A DNA stretch of 64,000 nt from an uncultured Candidatus Saccharibacteria bacterium (GTDB lineage Bacteria > Patescibacteriota > Minisyncoccia > Phycocordibacterales > UBA6899): positions 22,012 through 86,011 of the forward strand of contig CAZERF010000004.1 of assembly GCA_964515375.1 (NCBI GenBank), written 5' to 3'. Below the pieces are notes generated by a model. The model saw only the letters and a program-made list of their open reading frames with translations, made no database searches and was not told the origin of the DNA. Positions 19,147 to 28,390 of this stretch are shown in pieces (positions within the stretch are counted from its first letter, which is position 1; each line of letters opens with the position of its first letter). The position numbers were made by a program, and so were the translations under genes.

Positions 19147-19772
19147 ATACGCTCAAAGATCAAAAATTACAACTCCAAAAAGAGTATTGCAAAGCGGGGA
19201 ACGTACTTGATATCGGTTTTTCCGCAAATCCGAATCGTTACCTTTCCGACGCGGTCGGGGTCGACATTGCATTACCAAAAACGATCCCATCAAATTATTT
19301 GCGCGCGGTGACGTGCAACCTGAATCACGAATCGCTCCCGCTTCCCGACGCGCAGTTCGACAATGTCATTGCCGGAGATGTTATCGAGCATGTCGAGAAT
19401 CCCTCCTTCTTTTTGCGCGAAATGAATCGTGTGTTAAGGCAGGATGGTCGTCTTATTATTTCCACTCCTCAAGCAAATGATTGGTGGACGACGCTTCATA
19501 ATTGGTTCTTTCGCGGAATCATTAACGATCCCGATCCGGGAGAACACCTTTCAAACTGGACATTTCTCGACATGACCCGGCTGCTCAAGAAGAATGGTTT
19601 TGTTGTTGAGAAGATCGAGGGGTTTTATATGGGTTTTCCAAAGATCTCTTTACGCATTCGCGTGCGGCGTTTCCCCGCACTTTCGTGGCAGGTCTTCTAT
19701 ATCGCGCGGAAGGTCGAAGAACCGAACCGATCTATCCTTGTGTGTATTGACGGTGAATTCAAACGTGTATGA
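19143..19772 (+). CDS. class I SAM-dependent methyltransferase
   Basis: 'VLDIGFSANP', 'GDVIEHVENP', 'LRQDGRLIISTP'. Confidence 0.7.
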   Translation: MNTLKDQKLQLQKEYCKAGNVLDIGFSANPNRYLSDAVGVDIALPKTIPSNYLRAVTCNLNHESLPLPDAQFDNVIAGDVIEHVENPSFFLREMNRVLRQDGRLIISTPQANDWWTTLHNWFFRGIINDPDPGEHLSNWTFLDMTRLLKKNGFVVEKIEGFYMGFPKISLRIRVRRFPALSWQVFYIARKVEEPNRSILVCIDGEFKRV

Positions 19773-20620
19773 CGATGACACGCGGCACAACTCCTTGTTC
19801 GGTCGGTATCCTCACTTTCAATTCGGGGAAGACACTGCGTCGTGCGCTTGACTCGGTTGCTTCGCTTGCGGAGGTGGTGATCTGCGATGGTGAGAGTACG
19901 GATGATACGCTCGCGATCGCGCGCGAGTACGGGTGTGTCATCATCGCGCAGAATTCCGAATATAAATACCCGAACAACAGGATCAAAGATTTCTCCGGGG
20001 TTCGCAATCAGTGCCTCGACGCGGCGACGTACGATTGGTTTCTCTATATTGATTCGGACGAGGAGGCGTCTCCCGAACTTATTGCCGATATCACACGTAT
20101 CGTTACCGCGGACACGGAGCCGTATATTTATAAGGTTCCGATCCGAAATTTTGTGGAAGGACGACAGATCAAATATTCATCAAATTATCCGGGCTATCAG
20201 CACCGCTTCTTTTGTCGTCGGAGTGGCGCGCGCTTCATTAAGAATGTTCACGAACGTATTGATTTCGACAAAACGGTTCATGTCCCTGTTCCGCTCACGA
20301 GTCCTTGGTATGTGTATCTTTCCCAAGATGAGGTTGATCACTACGTGAAGAACACCGTCGAGTATGTTCATCGCGAGGTCGAGCGAAGTAAGAACATTAC
20401 CTTTCGTGGTTATGTGTATTGGGTTCTTGGGGTCAACACGCTCACGGCAGCAAAGATCGCCGTGCGTGCCGCGCGGGTTTATTTGCTGCATGGGTTCCGC
20501 GATTCAATGCCGATCCGCATGGAGCTGGGTCGTATTGCGTATGTGCTCACCCTGATGTGGCACATCACGAAGTATCAATCGCGGAGGGTGTGGCGCTCCA
20601 TTTTTTCCTCCCACTCATGA
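19769..20620 (+). CDS. glycosyltransferase family 2
   Basis: 'VGILTFNSGKTLRRALDSV...VVICDGESTDDT' GT-A fold with DxD 'IDSDEE'. Confidence 0.8.
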   Translation: MTMTRGTTPCSVGILTFNSGKTLRRALDSVASLAEVVICDGESTDDTLAIAREYGCVIIAQNSEYKYPNNRIKDFSGVRNQCLDAATYDWFLYIDSDEEASPELIADITRIVTADTEPYIYKVPIRNFVEGRQIKYSSNYPGYQHRFFCRRSGARFIKNVHERIDFDKTVHVPVPLTSPWYVYLSQDEVDHYVKNTVEYVHREVERSKNITFRGYVYWVLGVNTLTAAKIAVRAARVYLLHGFRDSMPIRMELGRIAYVLTLMWHITKYQSRRVWRSIFSSHS

Positions 20621-21801
20621 AGATCGCCTATCTTGCCAACATCAGGATCCCTACTGAAAAGGCGCATGGTATACAGATCACCAAGATGTGCGAGTCCTTT
20701 GCCTTGCTTGGACACGACGTGACACTGATCGTTCCCGACCGGAGGAGTCCCATCACCGAATCGGTTTTCTCGTATTATGGTATACGCGAGAACTTTACTA
20801 TCAAAGGACTTCCGACATGGAACCCGAGGCGCATCACGAAATTCTCCTTTCGCGTTCAATCGTGGTGGTATATTCTTTGTGTTTCCATTGTGGCGATCAT
20901 GCGCCGTGACGATCTTGTTTATTCTCGTGAGGTCGCGCCGCTCCTTCTTCTCGCATTCTTTGGGCGATCGTTTGTGTGGGAAGTGCACACACGAAAAGAT
21001 TCTTTTGTGACACGCTCTCTTGCATCACGAGCGCGCCGCGTTATCGCGATCTCTTCCGGACTTGCCGATGAGCTTGTCTCTTTTGGCACTCCCTTGGAGC
21101 GGATCACTGTTGCGCACGATGCGATCGACCCGGATGAATTTCCTTCCATGGTCGAGAAAAACATACTTCGCGAGACGCTCGCGCTCCCATTCTCGCGTCC
21201 GATCGTCGGTTATGTCGGGAAGTATCGCACCGCCGGTCTTCCTAAGGGTGTTGACGGCGGAAAGGGTGTGGACGAACTCATGGATGCGTTTGTCGTCATG
21301 CGCGCTCGCGTACCCGACGCATTGCTTCTTATTGTCGGACTCAATTCCGACGAATTGCCCGCGGTCCGTCTCCGTGCCGATCTCTTGGGGATAGCGGAGC
21401 ATGATCGAGTACTGGTCGAACATGTTCCGCATGCACGCGCGCTTATGTATATGAGCGCGGCGGATGTGCTCATCATGAATTATCCCAATATTCTCCATTA
21501 CGCGCGGTTCATGTCCCCGCTTAAGCTTTTTGAGTATATGGCAAGTGGAACCCCGATCGTCTCGTCTGATCTTCCGAGTGTGCGCGAGGTACTTGATGAA
21601 ACGTGCGCCCGTCTCGTCCCACCGGGCGACACTCCCGCGCTCGCCGACGGCATCGCGGAGCTCCTTTCTGATGCAGAGCAACGACATATCCTTGCGCGCG
21701 CTGCGGGAGAGCGTGTCCGCGCGCGCCACACGTGGCTCGGTCGAGCGAAAGAGATCCTTGGTGCGCTTGCCGTCGAAGATAAACATCGGCATAATCAATG
21801 A
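20617..21801 (+). CDS. glycosyltransferase family 4
   Basis: Start MKIAYLANIRIPTEKAHGIQITKM overlaps the upstream stop (ATGA). C-terminal GT-B domain. Confidence 0.8.
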   Translation: MKIAYLANIRIPTEKAHGIQITKMCESFALLGHDVTLIVPDRRSPITESVFSYYGIRENFTIKGLPTWNPRRITKFSFRVQSWWYILCVSIVAIMRRDDLVYSREVAPLLLLAFFGRSFVWEVHTRKDSFVTRSLASRARRVIAISSGLADELVSFGTPLERITVAHDAIDPDEFPSMVEKNILRETLALPFSRPIVGYVGKYRTAGLPKGVDGGKGVDELMDAFVVMRARVPDALLLIVGLNSDELPAVRLRADLLGIAEHDRVLVEHVPHARALMYMSAADVLIMNYPNILHYARFMSPLKLFEYMASGTPIVSSDLPSVREVLDETCARLVPPGDTPALADGIAELLSDAEQRHILARAAGERVRARHTWLGRAKEILGALAVEDKHRHNQ

Positions 21802-21805
21802 ATAT

Positions 21806-23683
21806 ATGTGTGGTATTGCAGGGATCATAGATAAGACGGGTAGGCCAGTCGGATCGAGCACTGTTTTGGAGATGCTTGAGACCATGCCTTATCGTGGTCC
21901 GAATGACCGTGGTACCTTTTGCGACGGTCCGATCGGGCTTGGTCATTTGCGTTTGAGTATTCTCGATCTTTCTCAAAATGGTCATCAGCCGATGAAAGAC
22001 AATACCGGCGACTTGACGATCGTCTTTAATGGCGAGATCTTCAATTATCTCGAGATCAAAGAAGAGCTCGAGAGGACCGGGCATACTTTTCATACGCATT
22101 CTGACACGGAGGTCATTCTCGCGGCGTACCGGGCGTGGGGAAGTGCGTGTGTTTCGCGATTCAATGGGATGTGGTCGTTTGCGTTGTGGGATCGCGCCAA
22201 GCAAACGCTTTTTTGTTCGCGTGATCGTTTTGGAGTAAAGCCGTTCTTTTATCATGACGCTCCCGAGCATTTCTTTTTCGCGTCAGAAATGAAGGCGATC
22301 CTTTCGGCACTCCCGCAAAAACCCGAAATGAATGGCGCGTATCTCTATCAATATCTTGATCGCAATGTGTCGGAGGATCCAACTGATACGGTTTTCCAGG
22401 GCATCAAGATGCTCCCTCCCGGGCATAATTTGATCGTGAGTGAAGGGAAGCTTTCGGTCGAGCAATACTGGCGGGTCGATCTCGCGCGTTTTCGCGCTTC
22501 CTACGACTACACCGATCCGGTCGCAACATTTCGCGAACTCCTTGTTGATGCGGTCCGTCTGCGCTTGCGCTCTGATGTTCCCGTCGGAGTCTGTCTTTCG
22601 GGCGGTCTTGATTCGAGCACGATCGTCGGCATCATCTCCGGAATACTCGGACAAAAGATCAGTGTCTTTTCTTCGGTCTACGCCGATCCAAAATACAATG
22701 AAGAAGAATTTCTTGATGCTGTCCTTGAAAGGTATCCCAACACGGTCCACAAGATCACTCCCGACCCCAAGCGATTCTTTGCTGTCATGGATCAAGTTGT
22801 TGCGCATCATGACGAACCGATCCGCATGCCGTCGACTTTTTCGCAGTGGCACATCTTTCAGTGTGTACATGATCACAAGATCACGGTGACGCTCGACGGG
22901 CAAGGGGCGGACGAGTTGCTTGGCGGATACCGCGAATATTATCCGTCATATCTCGCGACACTTTTCCGGGATGCGTTGCGCACCGTGAGTTTCAAAAAGC
23001 TCCATACATTTTTTCGGACTCGTAAGGATATCAAGACTTATCTTGGCCGCAATTTCGACAAGGATGTTCTCAAACTCCTTTTGCCTAAAAAAGTTCTCGC
23101 GATGAAGCGCAGGTTCGCTCCGGTCAAGCGATGGCAGGACACGATCCTTGCGGAGGAGTTCATTGCTCGCTATCGCGGCACTTCGGTCGCCGAGAAAGAG
23201 AACGTGTCTCCGTTTAGAGACCCGCTTAGCCGCCATCTTTTTGAGACTTTCTCGCACACGAATCTTCCCATGGTCCTCGACTTTGAGGATCGGATCAGCA
23301 TGGCGTTCTCGGTCGAAGCGCGAACTCCATTTCTTGATTACCGTATTGTTGAATTTTGCATGGCACTTCCGTATGAGTATAAAATGGACGGGTATCGCAA
23401 CAAGGCGATCCTTCGCGATGCGTTCAAGGATGTGCTCCCCGAGAAGGTCTTTGCGCGCAAGGACAAGAAGGGATTTCCGACACCGAATGAGCATTGGTTT
23501 CGCGATGAAGTGCGAGAGGAATTGCGCGCGATCGTGTATTCCGACTCCTTGGTTCGTCATGGCGTGTTTGACCCAAAAAAGGTGCGTGATCTCTTCGAAC
23601 GTCACCAAAAGGGGGAGAATCACGAGCGCCTCCTGGTGCGTGTTGCCAGCACCGAGTTGTGGATGAGAAAATATTTTGATTGA
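21806..23683 (+). CDS. asnB: asparagine synthetase B-type glutamine amidotransferase (glycan amidotransferase candidate)
   Basis: 'MCGIAGIIDK' class-II GATase N-terminal Cys, and the 'CLSGGLDSS' PP-loop. Confidence 0.85.
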   Translation: MCGIAGIIDKTGRPVGSSTVLEMLETMPYRGPNDRGTFCDGPIGLGHLRLSILDLSQNGHQPMKDNTGDLTIVFNGEIFNYLEIKEELERTGHTFHTHSDTEVILAAYRAWGSACVSRFNGMWSFALWDRAKQTLFCSRDRFGVKPFFYHDAPEHFFFASEMKAILSALPQKPEMNGAYLYQYLDRNVSEDPTDTVFQGIKMLPPGHNLIVSEGKLSVEQYWRVDLARFRASYDYTDPVATFRELLVDAVRLRLRSDVPVGVCLSGGLDSSTIVGIISGILGQKISVFSSVYADPKYNEEEFLDAVLERYPNTVHKITPDPKRFFAVMDQVVAHHDEPIRMPSTFSQWHIFQCVHDHKITVTLDGQGADELLGGYREYYPSYLATLFRDALRTVSFKKLHTFFRTRKDIKTYLGRNFDKDVLKLLLPKKVLAMKRRFAPVKRWQDTILAEEFIARYRGTSVAEKENVSPFRDPLSRHLFETFSHTNLPMVLDFEDRISMAFSVEARTPFLDYRIVEFCMALPYEYKMDGYRNKAILRDAFKDVLPEKVFARKDKKGFPTPNEHWFRDEVREELRAIVYSDSLVRHGVFDPKKVRDLFERHQKGENHERLLVRVASTELWMRKYFD

Positions 23684-24770
23684 TATGAAGGTCTTTATTG
23701 TTACGATCAATTTTCCCGTGGACGAACTCGTTGGAGGAGCGGAACTCCAAGCGTATTTTTTGGCCAAGCATCTTCCCGCACAAGGGGCGAAGACGACCTT
23801 TGTCGCTCTACGCAATCATGCGGGTGATGCATACGTGACGGAACGCGATGGCTTCCTTGTGCGCGCGATGTCGGGAAAGAATGAGCCGATGTGGCGGGCT
23901 TTGGTGCGACTTTTTAAGCTTTTCCGTACGGAGAGACCCGACGTGTGTTACCTCCGTGAGTTCCGAGTGCTTTTCCCGATGTTTGTTGTGTGTCGCCTCG
24001 CGGGAGTTCCGCTCGTTTTCAATACAACGCACGAGAAGAATCTGTATCTCTATTATGGATGGCAGGGGGTGAAGGGGACGCTTTTTCACGCGCTCAGTTT
24101 TTTGACCTTGCGTTTTGTCGACCGGATCGTGACCAACAATACCGCACATGCCGCGTTCCTTTCTGGTCGTTATTATATTTCAGCAACCCCGATCTTGAAT
24201 AGCATGGAAGATCATTACGAGCCGGGCACCGTGAAAGCAAAGCGCGTCTTGTGGGTTGCGAACGTGAAAACACGCAAGCGACCCGAGATCTTTATTGAGC
24301 TTGCGGACCGTTTTCGTGATTCGGGATATGAATTTGTCATGGTCGGACACTTGTATGGGGAGAGCGGCCGTTATCACGATATGATCGCGCGGGCAACGAA
24401 AGAAAATCCCTCTTTCCGCTTCGTGGGAGGAAAGACTCCGCGTGAGGTTGATGATCTCCTCGCCTCTTCGGAGATCTTTGTTTCCACCTGTAAACCAGAA
24501 GGATTTCCCAACAATATCATCCAGGCGTGCATGGCGGAATGTGCGATCGTGAGCTTTGATTACGATCCTGACGGTATTTTTGCTCGCGAGCATATCGGCT
24601 TTGTCCCAACCACTCTTGATGGTACAATGCTCATCATCCGAAAAATCATGGAGGATGAAGCAATGCGAAAGGAGTTCGGTTTGCGTGCTCGTGCATACGC
24701 CCTCAAGCATCACTCCCTCGACCGAAATATGGAGACATTTTATAATTTATTTTTGTCACTCACGAAGTGA
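23676..24770 (+). CDS. glycosyltransferase (GT-B, GT4/GT1-like)
   Basis: N-terminal Glyco_trans_4-like region; C-terminal 'CKPEGFPNNIIQACMAECAIVSF'. Confidence 0.65.
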   Translation: MIDMKVFIVTINFPVDELVGGAELQAYFLAKHLPAQGAKTTFVALRNHAGDAYVTERDGFLVRAMSGKNEPMWRALVRLFKLFRTERPDVCYLREFRVLFPMFVVCRLAGVPLVFNTTHEKNLYLYYGWQGVKGTLFHALSFLTLRFVDRIVTNNTAHAAFLSGRYYISATPILNSMEDHYEPGTVKAKRVLWVANVKTRKRPEIFIELADRFRDSGYEFVMVGHLYGESGRYHDMIARATKENPSFRFVGGKTPREVDDLLASSEIFVSTCKPEGFPNNIIQACMAECAIVSFDYDPDGIFAREHIGFVPTTLDGTMLIIRKIMEDEAMRKEFGLRARAYALKHHSLDRNMETFYNLFLSLTK

Positions 24771-24782
24771 CGAGAAAACGAT

Positions 24783-25511
24783 ATGAAAGATTTTGAAAGA
24801 CACGAAGTCACCTGGACAGAAGAAAAACTTGCTCGGTTCTGGGATTTTTTCTCGTCGCTTGGAATGGCATACGAGGATGAATATTTTTCGAACATATGGG
24901 GTGACGATATTTTGGATTATGTGGAGAAGACGGGTGTGCTCAATGGCAAGGTCGTCGATTTTGGCTGTGGGCCCGGACATTTGATGGCAAAGTTGTTCCG
25001 TCGCGGTGTCGCGTGTGAGGGCTTAGACTTTTCTGAGCATTCTATCGATGAGGTCAAAAAACGTTTCGCGAATGAACCACTTTTCCGTGGAGGTCATGTT
25101 GTGCAATCGTTACCATCTGATATTCCCGATGCGTCTGTTGATGTTCTCTTTTTTATCGAGACGATCGAGCATGTGCTTCCTGAACAAATGGAAGCGACGC
25201 TCAAGGAATTTGAGCGAATTGTGAGGAAGGGGGGGCGTATCGTCGTGACCACTCCTCATGCGGAGAAGCTCGATCGCAAGAAGGTGTGTTGTCCCGATTG
25301 TGGCGCGGTTTTTCATCGCGTGCAGCATATTCGTTCCTCCACGGTGGATTCTCTGAATACACTGTTTGCGCAGTATGGTTTCGAGCCCGCATTCTCAAAG
25401 GCGGTGACATTCTATCCGCACTCATTCCTCAATCTCTTGCGCAAATTCCGCGACGAGAAGATCAACAAGCACAAGCCGCACCACCTTATTTATATCGGAC
25501 AGAAGAAATAG
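24783..25511 (+). CDS. class I SAM-dependent methyltransferase with CxxC zinc-ribbon insertion
   Basis: 'VVDFGCGPGHL', 'IETIEHV', 'RKGGRIVVTTP', 'CCPDCGAVFH'. Confidence 0.75.
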   Translation: MKDFERHEVTWTEEKLARFWDFFSSLGMAYEDEYFSNIWGDDILDYVEKTGVLNGKVVDFGCGPGHLMAKLFRRGVACEGLDFSEHSIDEVKKRFANEPLFRGGHVVQSLPSDIPDASVDVLFFIETIEHVLPEQMEATLKEFERIVRKGGRIVVTTPHAEKLDRKKVCCPDCGAVFHRVQHIRSSTVDSLNTLFAQYGFEPAFSKAVTFYPHSFLNLLRKFRDEKINKHKPHHLIYIGQKK

Positions 25512-25521
25512 TATTTCCTTC

Positions 25522-26388
25522 ATGCGCTTGAGAGCGGATTGGACAACTCATCTTCATAATTTCCGGAAACGGGAGATTGATATCATTTTTCGCGATTGCC
25601 CTCCCGGTCATTTTGAGTCCGCTCTTGAGCTGGGTGCGGGTGACGGATTCCAAAGTCGCATACTTGCTTCGTACGCGCGAAGACTTGTTGCGACTGAGTA
25701 CAATGAAGCGCGCCTGGAGCGTCGCGAAGTTCCCGGTGTTTTCTACGAGGTGTGCGATGCGGAACGTGTCGATGAATATTTTCCAGCACATGCATTTGAT
25801 CTTGTTTTTGCGTCAAATCTTTTCGAACATCTCCCTCATCCGGAGCAGGCGTTACAGGGGGTACGGCACGTGCTTCGCGACGACGGGGTCGTCATTCTCG
25901 TTATGCCGAGCGTATTCTGGAAATGCACACATCTTGCTTTCTTTTATCCCAACCTCATCCTTTCTTTTTTTGAGAAGGTCCTGGTCCCGGGGAAGATCGC
26001 GGAGTGGTGGGGGCGGTATGCTCTTCGTCGGAGGGAGGCACCTCCGGTGATCGAGGTTGCGGGTACCGTGAGTTCTTTCGGAAACAATCAAAAAGGGAGG
26101 GTCGGACATGTTTCTTCGCGTGGAATATTTTTTCCTGCGCCACATGGAGTTTCATCCGGAAACATCGCGGAGTTTGCGGCGTTTCGCGCGAAGCGATGGA
26201 CGGCGCTGTTTGCGGCGGAGGGATTTTCTGTGTGTGCCATCCTTCGCGGTCCTGTTGCGTCAGGGTATGGATTTGGGCTTGATCGGATCCGTACGCTCCT
26301 TGAGCGTCTTGGATTTGCATCTGAGTACGTCTATGTACTCAAAAAGACTAGCGCGACGGAGGTAAAGTATCCTTTCATACGATCATGA
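25522..26388 (+). CDS. class I SAM-dependent methyltransferase
   Basis: 'ALELGAGDGFQS', 'FASNLFEHLPHPEQAL', 'DDGVVILVMP'. Confidence 0.75.
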   Translation: MRLRADWTTHLHNFRKREIDIIFRDCPPGHFESALELGAGDGFQSRILASYARRLVATEYNEARLERREVPGVFYEVCDAERVDEYFPAHAFDLVFASNLFEHLPHPEQALQGVRHVLRDDGVVILVMPSVFWKCTHLAFFYPNLILSFFEKVLVPGKIAEWWGRYALRRREAPPVIEVAGTVSSFGNNQKGRVGHVSSRGIFFPAPHGVSSGNIAEFAAFRAKRWTALFAAEGFSVCAILRGPVASGYGFGLDRIRTLLERLGFASEYVYVLKKTSATEVKYPFIRS

Positions 26389-27041
26389 TCCGTACCTTGC
26401 TCAATATTCTTCCGCGGCCACTTGTGCGGCCACTTGTCATACTCTTTGACCGCAAGAAGAAAGAAGATATGGAGCGACTCTATGCCACGGAGGGTGATCA
26501 TTGGGGTCGCACGGAAAGCATGGCGCAGATCAAAGACGCACTGGGGCTTCTCGGCGCTCGCCGATATCGCCATGTGCTTGATGCGGGTGCGGGGGAGGGG
26601 TATGTCGCGGAGGCGCTTGCGTCGCGCGCCGAGTGTGTCACTGCGATCGATATTTCTGAGCATGCGATCACGGCGGCGCGCATTCGATGTGCGCACCTTG
26701 CGCATGTGCATTTTATTTCCGCGAATATTCGCACGTGGAAGAGTGAAGAGCGGTTTGACCTCATTGTGCTTGCCGATGTTTTGTATTATCTCGGGGACGC
26801 ACTCTTTCCCGGCATCTTTATGGAGACGATCGCGCATATCGGCGCTCTTGCGGCGGAAGACGGAGAGATCCTCGTTACCCATTTTATTGCTCCGTGGCGA
26901 GACGGAGATATTGTGGAGATGTATATTCGTGCATTCACAGAAGCGGGATTTGTTTTGATGCGCGATACGATCTATCGGAGCGAGGAGAAAGAGTGGAGAC
27001 ACCTCTTGCTCAAGAAGGAGTCTCGTCCGGCATCCGTCTGA
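26385..27041 (+). CDS. SAM-dependent methyltransferase (NodS-like)
   Basis: 'HVLDAGAGEGYVAEALASR...VTAIDISEHAI'. Confidence 0.7.
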   Translation: MIRTLLNILPRPLVRPLVILFDRKKKEDMERLYATEGDHWGRTESMAQIKDALGLLGARRYRHVLDAGAGEGYVAEALASRAECVTAIDISEHAITAARIRCAHLAHVHFISANIRTWKSEERFDLIVLADVLYYLGDALFPGIFMETIAHIGALAAEDGEILVTHFIAPWRDGDIVEMYIRAFTEAGFVLMRDTIYRSEEKEWRHLLLKKESRPASV

Positions 27042-28272
27042 CGAGTGCAAGTGCGGTGAAAAGCCCCATAAAGCGGTTGACGATCCGTGCGATGATGAGT
27101 CCAAGCAGTCCGCCGAGATACATGAAGACAAAGAGGATGACGACCGAGAGGATCGCGATCCATGTGTTCAAGAAATAAAGCTCCTTCTGTGCTTTCTTTG
27201 CTTGGAGTGCGGAGAGGGGGACTGCAGAAGAGGTTGCGATGAGCGAGATCGCGAAGAGTTGTGAGTAAATGACGGCTTCCATGTATTTAGGAAAAAGGAT
27301 CGAAAAGAGAAATGGTGCGGCGATGATATAGAGCCCGACACCAACCGCGATGACCGCCGAGAAGCGCAGGCTCTTTGAGAGAACCGTTTTTTTGATGTCT
27401 TCAGTTTTTGCATCGCTCAGTTTGGGGAGTGCCAGTGTGTTCGCTCCCTTGAGTACGGCACCCATGTTGTCGGGTCCGGCGAGTGCAATGGAATAGATCG
27501 CCATTTCGACCGCACCGAGAAAGTGGAAGACGAGCAATCGATCGGCATATCCCGCAACGGTACCAAGAACGCCCATCAAGCTTAAGTGTTTTCCATACGG
27601 TATTGTGCCCGGGTCGATCATGTCGTTGGGTCGTTGCGTGCGGAGAGTAACAAGGAGTCCTCCGATGCGACCGATCGTCCACGGCAGGAAGTAAGCAAGG
27701 ATGATCGCAAGAATGTTGTCGGTCACGAAGATGGTCACGCCCATAATGATGGCCGCGACAGTCTGTGTGATGAGGAAGTAATTCGTCAATCTCTTGAAAT
27801 CTTTGCGCCCGGTAAGGATCGATTCGTAGACCGTGAGTGAATCAAAGAATGGGGTAAAGATGGCAACAACGAGCATAGAAGCGGTCAAGATCGGATCGTG
27901 CTCGATGAAATGGTAGTATCCGGCAAGAAGAAGACTCGCGAGTGCCCCCAGTGTTCCCCACGAGATGCGCGTGCGGAGTGCCGGCTTGATCGTTCCTTCA
28001 TATCCGCGCGCGACGGCTTGTGTCAGTGCTGTGTTGATTCCCATGAGACTCGGGAGCGCGACGATGCTCGCGATCGTGAGGATGTATTTGTATGTTCCGT
28101 AGGTCTCTTTCGGGGCAAAATTCGCAAAGAGTATCACGAGGAGGAAGCTTGACCCCGACGCAATAACTTGTCCAAAAGTAAGCCAAAAACCCCCTTTGGC
28201 GATATAGAGCATGTCGGTCTTGAAATAGCGCTCGCTTTTACGGAGGAGGGAATAGAGAAGATTTTTCATCAT
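27010..28272 (-). CDS. wzx: polysaccharide biosynthesis protein / Wzx-type flippase (MOP superfamily)
   Basis: ~420 aa with ~12 TM helices and an N-terminal 'MKNLLYSLLRKSERYFKTDMLYIAKGGFWLTFGQVIAS' typical of the Polysacc_synt family. Confidence 0.75.
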   Translation of the reverse strand: MMKNLLYSLLRKSERYFKTDMLYIAKGGFWLTFGQVIASGSSFLLVILFANFAPKETYGTYKYILTIASIVALPSLMGINTALTQAVARGYEGTIKPALRTRISWGTLGALASLLLAGYYHFIEHDPILTASMLVVAIFTPFFDSLTVYESILTGRKDFKRLTNYFLITQTVAAIIMGVTIFVTDNILAIILAYFLPWTIGRIGGLLVTLRTQRPNDMIDPGTIPYGKHLSLMGVLGTVAGYADRLLVFHFLGAVEMAIYSIALAGPDNMGAVLKGANTLALPKLSDAKTEDIKKTVLSKSLRFSAVIAVGVGLYIIAAPFLFSILFPKYMEAVIYSQLFAISLIATSSAVPLSALQAKKAQKELYFLNTWIAILSVVILFVFMYLGGLLGLIIARIVNRFMGLFTALALVRRMPDETPS

Positions 28273-28390
28273 GGTCGCTCGGACATGTGTATTTTGTGTC
28301 CGCTCGGTGTTCATAGTATACAACATCGCGGGAGGGAAAAGGTCATTTTCCACGTTGCGTGAGCGTTTGTTCCCCTATATAGTAGTATCC